From Chrysomallon squamiferum (lineage: Eukaryota > Animalia > Mollusca), in the NCBI GenBank assembly GCA_012295275.1, contig CM022671.1, positions 12,834,001-12,898,000 on the forward strand: a DNA stretch of 64,000 nt. The letters are read 5' to 3'. The translations under genes and the position numbers were made by a program. Below are positions 13,501 to 23,583 of the stretch, piece by piece (position 1 is the stretch's first letter; each line of letters begins with the position of its first letter). A model generated the notes under the pieces. It was not told where the DNA came from, searched no databases, and worked only from the letters and a program-made list of their open reading frames with translations.

Positions 13501-15159
13501 TAATATTTGAATGGCCCTTTAGTTATATTTTTCATTCTTGGGTTAGGGTTTAGAGCAATGAATAGAGGGGGAAACATCTCAGTGTACTCATTGCTTTGAT
13601 ATTGTTGGCCTAATGGTCAGTGCAACAACAAACGTGGCATGTGTGCGTCTGATCATGATCCCTTGTTGGCAGCTGCCTGGACAACTGACAACAAAGGCAT
13701 GCAAACGTGTACACTATGCCTACAGTACATTTAAGCCCAAAGTAAAAGAAATGTGAAAATTTACCTTAACCTAAACTTTTTAATCAAATCAATACATTAT
13801 CATGTGAATGTTTTTGTTTTTTGGTGTTTTTTTTTCTGTCCTGATGATAGTTTATAGTAAAAGAAATTTTTATTTTGTAATCAAGGTTGTAAATTGTAAA
13901 ATGATACAACTGAGAGTGAATTACACCTGATAATCCAGACAACAAACACATAAGAAGAGTGTGATTTGGGGCATTTTAAAGGTATAGGTTACTAATGGAA
14001 TAAGAAGGAATGAACACAACAACTTTTAATGAAGCAATACTTTTTGTATATGATCTGGCAATTCGCCTTACATATCATCAAAATCATGTTGACTCCAACA
14101 ATAAAACTACATTTTATAGCACCAAAATAAACTGCATTAATTTTTTTTTATTACTAGTAATCCTACATGCATACCATGCAGCTTAGTCAAGGCAAATGTT
14201 TTAACTGACAAAAATGTCTAAAAAGTTTTGCAGAAAAACATGTTAATGAGAATTTGCTTGAAAATGGTTTTGGAAATGGGATTTTTGGACTATGGAAAAT
14301 TTTCGAAAAGTTATAAAATTTTGACAGCCCAATGTGTACTAACCCTAATAAAGGCTGATTGCATAAAAGAGCACACAGTTAACAACTTTTAAAAAATAAA
14401 AATAAAAATTTGTTTTGATAAGCATGACCAAATAAACTACTATTGCATTGTCATCAAGTATACAGTGTACACTTCTCCAAAAAGCTGTTCCTCTGTTACG
14501 TATTTTATAGCTGAAAAATGTGTTCTTAAAAACCGTGTGTTGGTTTCCATGGCAATGGCAAATGATAAACTTCAACAGATTGCATTTTTGCTTTTATGAT
14601 TCATAGTATTATTTACTATCCATTAAACTTTTCTTTAGCTGTTCTAAAATTTAAACTTTACTGCCCCATTTTGCCTTGAGACAGGTCTTTTCAATACAGA
14701 AACATTTAAAACATTACCAAGCGACCAATTGGCTTTTTGTTCAGTGTTCAAAATATTAAATCTCTTCTATAAATAGTTTTGATGTCTTTGTATTTTTGTC
14801 TCTTGTATCATCTAGGTTTATGAGAAACGACCAGTGACAGTAAAGAACTTCGGCATTTGGTTACGCTATACTTCTCGAAGTGGAATCCATAACATGTACA
14901 GAGAATACCGGGATCTGACTGCTGCCAAGGCTGTTACTCAATGCTGTAAGTTACTGGCACTGAGCAAACCTGGTTCTGTTCAAGGGGCAGGGTTATCCTC
15001 ACTTGTGAACTTCAAATCTTGTTTATAAAAAAAAAATTCCAGTATAACTTGTAAGAAAAACAAATTAAATATACTTTAAAAAACCCCAAATGGAATGAGT
15101 TTTTGAGATTTTGAATTATTGATAGTTAACTAACAAGATAATGTACTTCAGTTTTTTAT

Positions 15160-15199
<40 letters not shown>

Positions 15200-17501
15200 G
15201 GGATCTTCTTTATATTAAATGTTTTGAATAAATGAAGTGTAGAAAATGAGATTAATGATAGTTGCTTGCATTATATCCTATGATGATTCATCCTTGCTCT
15301 CAAAGAACTGCTTAGCAGCAGTGTGCAGACAAATGCTGGCCTGCTCCAATCTCCATGTGGGAGATACGGAGATCTGAGGATACTGGAATTTTGTTGCAAG
15401 TTTTTCTTGAGTTAAATAAATGTTACTTATAAACTAACATATACAATTTACTTGGGTTTTTTTAAAATGATGTGAAAATAGCGAGCTTTTTTACTGAAGT
15501 TAGACATGTTTGTCTGCGGATATCCTGCTTTTAAAAATTAAAAACAAGTTTTAAAATTTTGAATTAAAGGCAGGAATTAGTTTTTATTTGGTGTCTATTT
15601 ATCAAAAAGTTAGCCTTTGATTAATATTTGTTTAAATTTAACAATGCAAGTCTGAAATAATTTAGAGGCTTCTGATAGTCATAAATAACCTAACTTGTAC
15701 TTGAATTTTATTTGCATTTACTGATTTTGTAACATTAAACATGATTTATGTATAGTAAAATGTTTTACAGTCAGAACTAAACTTGATGAGAGCACGTTAT
15801 TCCCCTTTCTTAGACTTTCTCCTGTATGAATCAGAACGGCATTGACATTAGTGGAGGATCAATAATAATTGCAGCCATTTCAAATTTTACTGTAGCTAGC
15901 ACACACACACTCAAACGCATTTTTTACTTATATTTTACTTATCTTACCCCCTTGTAATATATTTGTTTTTATTTCAAATGAAATCATTTACTTTTTATTG
16001 GCATGTATACATTTTTTAAACAAACTGTAATGAGCACTTTATCCCCTTTCTTTGAGACAAATTCTCATTTGAGAGTTACTAAAACAAGTGCTACATACAA
16101 CTGAAACCAGTCGCATTTTGTATCACAGTTGATATAAAATTGAATTATGGGTCCAACATCAATAATAATAACAATAATAATAACAACGTCGGTAACAACT
16201 GTGAATAAAATCATTTGTTTTACAAATTTAAAAAATACATATTGAACATGTATGAACATATTCCTGTAAAACCAGTCTCTTTGGATGAAAATGAAATATT
16301 TTAGTTGTAACAAATACAACTTCAGTTGGAAGAATTATTCAAATGCATACAAAGTGATATTTTTTTTGCTTTATTTTTATTTATTTTTTAATGTGAAGTG
16401 TAGTTGTCATTTTCAGGTGTTCATTATTTCATTAAACATAAGGAATGTTGGATGTAAATTTGTTTGGAATGAAGAATTGTTTTGTTACATTATTAACCGC
16501 ATTTTATCCCTTTTGTAAGAGGTGTATTTTCTTTTAAAGTATTTAATGAATTAAAAATAAAAATGCAGTGTCACATTTTATACTGTACATGGTATGGTTG
16601 TGACATAAAAATTACTGAAAATGTTCTGCAATTATAAGGATTTTAAAAATTTCCAGTTTTCAGTTACTCTAGCTTAACTGTACTTTTTATGTCACAATGA
16701 ATATAAAATTGAATAACGGATGCTACATACAGTGAAGTAATGACTTCTGATAGTCATTTAAATTGTCATCTTGTTTGGTAATTGCATATTTCCTGTTCTG
16801 TTGCATTTTCTAATATTAATAATAAATTTGTTAGAAAAACAGATTTTGCTGGTTGTTAAGTGTCTGAAATCAGAAGATGATTAATTCATTGAAAAAATAC
16901 TTTTCCACTGCTGACTTAACTGGTGTTTTATTTCAGACATTGACATGGGTGCTAGACATCGTGCTAGAGCTTCATCAATTCAGATTATTCGTGTTGAGGA
17001 AATTCCAGTGAACAAGTGCAGGAGACCCAACATACAGCAGTTCCATGTTCGTTGTTTTAAGTTATATTTTCTATTCACTCTTTTGTAAGCAAGTTAGTTC
17101 AGTACAGACCATGAAAGATTAATATAACTAACATTAACTGCATTAGTATGTCGTAAACATTAGAAAAAATAAAAAAACAAATTATTTCCTTTTATTACAG
17201 CTATTTTATAATACATTTACAAATCAGATATGTGAAAAGAAAACAATATTACAAATTATAAAAGTTATCAAATGCTGACTGATGGTCAGAAAAAAAGTAA
17301 TACATAAAAATTAAATGTTGACTAGTTCTGACATGTTAATAAAGTTGAAGTTAAAGTGGTGGTGATTCTGTTTATAATTCAAACAATATATATTTTTTTC
17401 TCTTACAGAACAGCAAAATAAAATTTCCACTGCCCCACAGAGTGGACAGAAAATTACATACATCTCGTTTCACTACACGTCGTCCACACACAACTTTCTA
17501 A
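10575..17501 (+). CDS. RPL18A: 60S ribosomal protein L18a (eL20), complete, 176 aa
   Basis: Exons 10575-10592, 11251-11430, 14816-14945, 16937-17046, 17409-17501 total 531 nt. Translation [15 protein letters not shown]...AKSRFWYF...[26 protein letters not shown]...[15 protein letters not shown]...KFPLPHR...RRPHTTF*. AATAAA at 17530-17535. Confidence 0.98.
11795..11930 (+). ncRNA. Candidate box H/ACA snoRNA in RPL18A intron 2
   Basis: Hairpin (GAAAA..AGAGT/ACTCT..TTTTC), H box ACAGTA 11850-11855, second hairpin (TGACCAAGT/ACTAGGTCA), ACA 11925-11927 plus 3 nt; about 136 nt. No target identified. Confidence 0.5.
13540..13727 (+). ncRNA. SNORA23-like long H/ACA snoRNA
   Basis: 5' hairpin AGAGCAATGA/TCATTGCTTT, H box ACAACA 13625-13630, long 3' hairpin 13636-13720, ACA 13722-13724. 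Motifs GATCATGATCCCTTGTTG and AGGCATGCAAA match my recollection of the vertebrate SNORA23 3' hairpin. The 5' end is approximate. Confidence 0.6.
15274..15382 (+). ncRNA. Box C/D snoRNA, predicted U6 snRNA methylation guide (SNORD23-like)
   Basis: Terminal stem TATCCT/AGGATA, C box ATGATGA 15280-15286, D box CTGA 15374-15377. TCATCCTTGC (15288-15297) is complementary to U6 GCAAGGAUGA. Confidence 0.8.
15460..15537 (+). ncRNA. Degenerate box C/D snoRNA candidate with two rRNA-antisense elements
   Basis: C-like ATGATGT 15467-15473, D' CTGA 15494-15497, D-like CTGC 15525-15528, A/T terminal stem. AGCGAGCTTTT and CTGCGGATAT are complementary to conserved rRNA AAAAGCUCG(CU) and AUAUCCGCAG. Confidence 0.5.
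16031..16161 (+). ncRNA. SNORA68: SNORA68 (U68) orthologue, H/ACA guide for 28S pseudouridylation
   Basis: 5' hairpin AGCACTT/AAGTGCT, H box ATACAA 16095-16100. 3' hairpin upper stem ATTTTGTATCA/TGATATAAAAT with pocket GTCGC + TGAA, 15 nt from ACA 16156-16158. The pocket brackets the U in 28S UUCA-U-A-GCGAC. RPL18A is the known vertebrate host of SNORA68. Confidence 0.8.
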
Positions 17502-18107
17502 ACTCAGTTTGTGGGATGTAACACAGTAAAATAAAGACCTTTCTGAACATATGGTTTTGTCATGTGTGATATATATATATTTATATTTATTTTTGAGATC
17601 TGGGTTACTACTTCTGTGATGTTGAGCAATGCTGTGTACATTCTCAATTCCAGAAAGTCATGGAATATTAAATTAAAAACAAACCTCCCTGTTCATAAGT
17701 ATTATGAGTTACATTTTTAGACATAAGTACTGACAACAAACATTTTTTCCCCTTTATAAGTTATTCCCTATTATTAACAAAAGCAGGTTTTGGATTTTAT
17801 GTTTAAATATCAGTGAATATACAAAATTCATTGCTTTTGTAGTAACCATTTATTGGCCTGTCAGAGTAATACAGTTATCTGAAAATTCACTCCAATTGAT
17901 AATTGACAACATTTACACAGAAGACAAAATATAAAGCAGAAATTGCTGTTTCATGAAAATACAATTTAACGGTGATAAATCCTGAATTACCAGTTTATAT
18001 TTGATAGACTTTTTTTTAGATATTTTCTTTCTATCAGGCAATTACAGACACAAGTTGGTAAAACAGTATTTGAAGTGGCTTGATTTTGTGAGGAATTCTC
18101 TTTAGTT

Positions 18108-21100
18108 TCACCAGTTCAGTTCAAGTGGGTGCTGTGCAGCATATCCTCCATTTTTTAACATGGTTTCTGCAATGTGTCTATAGTTTTCATCTTGGTTATG
18201 TACGGAACCTTAATTAAAAAAAAAAAAAAAAATAATAATAATTTAAGCTCGTTACCCATTCAACAGTAATCCTGTATTTTAATGAAGTTATTTTAATAAA
18301 AATATTCCCTAATTTTCCTTTCAGAAACTTAACATCATTTGATTTGTTCACCAGACTGCTAATACGCTAAATCTTCCTAGGCCTACAGAATAATTTTACT
18401 CCAGTAAGTGAAACTTAGTTTTGAATGCCATGAGTGCATTTATTTTATGTTTTCTTAACTGTTAGAGGGATAAAAACAGTAATTAATTGGCTGAAGAGTT
18501 AATACATAAAATGAAATTTTAAACCAACTTACCCACTATGAGGTTTTGTATATTTTCATTAATTCTTTTTTCAGCATCTTTGCAGAATGTTTTGGTCAGG
18601 AGAAGCTGAAATTATACAGTACTTTTTATAAATTCTGCCACTGAAATATGCATCCTCGAAATTTACATTAAATAACACAGGAAAGTATTTTTACACTACC
18701 TCATGGTCTGAATTTCTTAAACCAATGCAGTATGATCTAGAAGATCGGCCAATGCAAGAAGTCATAGCATACAGGTCTATAGCAATATCGGCAATTCTTT
18801 TCAAATCCATTTGTTCATGAATAATGTTCTGGAACAGAAAAATAATGCTGAATTCTTTAAAATTTAGTAAGAAGAAGTTTTATCTATTTTCCGAGTAGTC
18901 CAGGTTTCATTTATTTACAAACATTTTTATAATTATATTTACTACTAGGAAAGGAAGTTGATTTAAAAAAACAACAATCTTATGATATAAAATACTATAT
19001 ATTTTAACGATATTGATGTTAAAAATAAACATAACTTGATGTACATTTATATATTTTAAACAAAACTTTTTTTTTTTTAGAAGTCCCATTAAATCTCCTC
19101 TAATTTACTATCTATAAAAATAAAGGTAACTCATTTAAACAGAAATAAATTAATAATTATATATATTATTAATACGACAAATTAAACTCATGGTACCACT
19201 GTATGTGTGTGTCTCCTAAACTGGTTTTGTAAAATGTACAGAGTTAGAGTTTCTCTCTCTTTTTCTGGACAGAGGTCCACAGGTTAGAAAGTATTTTAAA
19301 GCCTTTGGCTGCAGTTATAGCCTTTATCAATTCCTTCTGCTTGGTACATATCGTAAAAGAACTGCTTGTACTGCCTAGCCATGTTGACTATACACACACC
19401 TTGCTCATGTTTTTCAATGATTTTATGCTTTAATTTAATGGACATTTTCCACTTCTTCTCAGCACTGTCCTTTGCACTCACTTTCTTAGGATCCATGGAA
19501 TTTTGACAATATACTGCACAAAATGTGAGTACAACACAACAGAGATGCTTCCACAGTAAGGTAACCACATGATGTAAACGAGTGAAACTTGGGATGCTGG
19601 GCAGATGTTTTTTTGTGCCAACTAGCTGCGGCATATCTGAAGCTCACTCGGATTTTGGCTTGCAACGCAAAAGGAAAAAATCAACTGGGCTACTGTTGGT
19701 AACTTGGAAAATCTGTAAGTTGGAGCACTCATAACTTGAGATACCACTGTATATATCATATAGGTGTTTAAAATACTAATGGTATTATAAAACGTATTCT
19801 GAAAATCCTATTTTTTAAAAATAACCATACTTTACTTTGCCATGTTTACTGAGAATTTCTTCAACAGTTTTCTGGAATTTCAAAACACTTCGTTCCAGCG
19901 TAACTGCTTCTGCCTGAAGTAAACAAAATGTAATATTATTTTAATTTTTTTTCTCCTTTTTTAAAACTCTTAAAATGATAATGCAGTTGCAGTTTAAATG
20001 CAAAACTAATATTATTTGATTCATACACATACAGTTTAAATTACTTAAAATAAAATTATATGATTTACTTGAAATAAATTTTCAAATATACCACCTTCCA
20101 TTTCCACATTAATATAAATAAAAAGTTGGTTTTTTTTCATTGATAACTTATATACCCAATTTTTTCTTATTTATATGAACTATTAAGTGCTAAAATTAAT
20201 TGCAATTATACCATTCCACAAACTGATGTATTAATAAAACAAATTTCACCTTCAGACTTGGATGCACCTCCTCATCTAGGTGCAATTTAAGTGTTGGATT
20301 TTTGTGACATTTTAACCTGTTGAAAGCAGTGGAAAATACCAAACCAGGATTTGCCATTGGGTTTTGAAGTTTTCTGTAAAATACAGTTTTGTTTCTGATA
20401 ATTTTCAAAACAGAAATAAATAGAAGTAATTTAAACACTGGCAAACAAAAAAGAAAAAGCCGTTTTAAATACGAAAAGCAACAGGATATGATGATCCATG
20501 AAACCATTATATTCAGATAATGCCTATGAAAAACCAACCATTATGTTCCCATTAACTTTATTAACATGGTGTCAACTCTGAATTTTTAAAATGAAGAAAA
20601 AATATGAAGTAAAAAAAAAAAAGTAAAAAAATAGGTAGACACAAAAATATGCATAAATACATTGACAAAAATGATCACAAAAATTTAAACTTCTATGGTT
20701 AACTATATACACATTACAGTCCTCAATTACATTTTGGTTCTATGGCATTCAGTTTAGCTCACTAGACAGTTGTTCACCCAGGAGCTAAAAAATGGACAAG
20801 CCCTTACTGCCAATGTTTGTTTTTAATTAGATTTCTTTCTTTTTTCTGGGATATTCTTTGAAATATATTTGAAATATGTTGAAAGTGGTTATTTTAAAGT
20901 CAAATGAGACAAATGGAAATTATATCAAATAAGAAATATTATTTACATATTAAACAAAAGCATACACATAAATATAACAGCAAATAAGACACTTTCACAA
21001 TATTTCAAATATATTTCAAATGATTTCCAGAAAATTCCATGGGAAAAAAGTAAACACTACTAGTACCACTAGTTGCTAATGTCTAGTGAACAGATATCCT

Positions 21101-23548
21101 GTTACCAAAATGTCAAGCCTAATGGAATAAATATGAAATTAAACAAAGTATTTTGATAAAAGTTACTGTGAAAACTGTATGAAAAGAGATGCTGAAAAGT
21201 TTACTTAACAAGATCTTTCAATTGTTTCCCAGCATGCTGTAGTCCTTGAAGTGCAATGAAGAGACGTAGAATTTCATTAGTTCCCTGAAATTTTATTATA
21301 TCTGGATAAATATTAACACATACAAGCATGCATATGTACAAATAATTATTAAAAAAAGGTGAATGAATAAATAAAGAATTGAAAATAAACTGACAGTATC
21401 AGAAAACATTTTACTGAAATTATTTCTAATGAAATATTTTTGAACACAAACTGCAAATATTATTACTAAAACTAAATATTAATTTAATAAAATATTTTCT
21501 CACTAAAATATAAAATATTACCTCAAATATCAAAAGTATTCTTGCATCTCTAAGATATCGTTCATAGGGATACTCTTTCATGTAACCCAGACCACCCAGA
21601 ATCTGCAGCAAATCACTAACACAGGTCCATGCTGCCTCAGAGCTGTAAACCTAGAATTTACAAAACGTCAATTATTAATTCAATAATTTATTTCTGACAT
21701 ATATTTGGACAGCATAAAGTATCATGAAAAAAATATATTTAATCTTTTGTTAAACTTTTCTGATTGGGAGTGATTATGTCTAATTTTGAAACTAAAGTTT
21801 ATCCACACGAAAAAAAAAAAAAAAAAAAAAACTGCAAATGAAAAATAAAATCAATGAGTTTCAAGTATATAAAAATAATATTATTTACATAAATCAACTA
21901 AACCAATGAATAACACAAACTGATGCCATTTCAACTATTACTTGTGTATATTTTTATATCTGCTTATTCTGCTATAATATATTAGTATGAAGTTGAGTTA
22001 TAAAAATAAGTAAATTATTAATTTTGTGAATTCAACAAAAAATAAATAAATAAAACAAATAAAAAGGCTTAAAAGAAAAATCGTAAAAATATATTTTAAA
22101 AATAATTATTTTAAATGTTATTCCAAACATACCTTAACAATAGCTGCTTCTACTGAGCAATCAGGTTGCTCAAACTCATCAATTATTCCTGCTGTTAAAT
22201 AAGCCATACTCTCCATTGCATAAATCATTACAGCAATTTTAGCAAGTTTTTCCTGAAAGCAAGAAAAATAAAGTAAAATGCTGTCAAACAAAATACCAAT
22301 TCATTACATGTTTTTAAAGTTAAAACTGAAGCTGCCAAAGCATACATTAGCTGACTTAAATGTTTAACTTGTTACAATTTTAGATTGTTCCAAAGTGTAC
22401 TTCAACTAATAATACAATGTTATGAGTTCCAAACTAATTATTTAAAGTCACTAAACCTGTAGAGTATATTCAAGCTCAAATTAACTGGTTAATCATCAAA
22501 ACATTTATTTATTTATTTTTATTATTATTTTTTTTTTTTAAGACTCCTTTTGTCCAAAATGTTTTAGCCATAACCAACATGTACTGTATCTTAAAAAGCA
22601 TTCATTCTAATAATCAACCATTTCTACTGAAAGAAAAATGAAATGTATACCAGCAAAAATAACAATTAATTCCAGAAATTAGTATATCCTTTAGTTTTCT
22701 TCTCTAAGCTCTTATTACCGTAACACCAAAATATATTATTCATCTTCAGAATGTGAAAGATTTTTACCTGAATTAACCCAAATTCTGCTAATTTCTTGCC
22801 AAACTGTGTTCGTGTGGTTGCATGTTCTATTGCATAACCTTGCAAGACAGAAATGTACTAAAATCATGTGTGTAATTATATTTACATGAATAATAATTAA
22901 ATGTTTCCCATTGTGTACACAACCATTTGGTAACATTTAAAATATTTGCACTTCGGTATTCTCTCATCAAATTACAAATACTGAATTTTGATAAATTAAT
23001 GTTATTATTGTTAGCAGCATTTAGTTTTTCACTTGAATTGTAATGTTGATACAAATGTTGAGGAATTACAGTAAAATATTGAATCATTTAAGCCTTAAAC
23101 CAAAAAACAAACTTACAAAATATGTTTCTAATTGTATGGATCAATTAATTATTTGAGGATAAAAATATAATTACATAATTTTTTTAAATTGAATTCGTAA
23201 ATCTAAAATAAATTATATGTTCTGACAGATAAAAAATATTTTATTACACAGAAAAGGTTAGTAAAATTAAAACTGCTAACTTAAATATGTTTATTACTAT
23301 TTCATAGTTGTTAAACAGTGACAGAAACGTTTTGGATTAAATAATAAATTATTTTGTATCTAAATAGCCAAAGCTGCTAAATAACCAAAAACCTGTTAGT
23401 TTTTTTAGAATCCCAGCACAAGAACTTCCCATGCTAAATCTTCCACTATTGAGAATGTTCATAGCCATCTAAAATGATAAAAAATGAGCAAAATTCAAAT
23501 ATTATTATTATTATAAAGCAGTCACAAGTATGCATTATATCTTATAAA

Positions 23549-23583
<35 letters not shown>

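Noticed and set aside
13538-13553. GGGTTAGGGTTTAG as a telomeric repeat or telomerase template (CCCTAACCC on the minus strand)
   Set aside because: Only 1.5 units, antisense to the host intron, with no supporting telomerase RNA domains visible.
13838-13942. CTGATGA...CCTGA as a C/D snoRNA
   Set aside because: Non-purine first base of the C box, poorly placed terminal stem, and no recognisable antisense element.
12420-14346. Two similar TTTTGGAAA/CTATGGAAAA patches (about 12420-12510 and 14220-14346)
   Set aside because: They look like remnants of a common non-autonomous DNA element; ends and target-site duplication could not be defined.
15783-15851. TTGATGA...TTGA as a C/D guide for 18S (AGAACGGC)
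   Set aside because: Only 8 nt of complementarity and degenerate boxes; better explained as a decayed copy of the H/ACA 5' arm.
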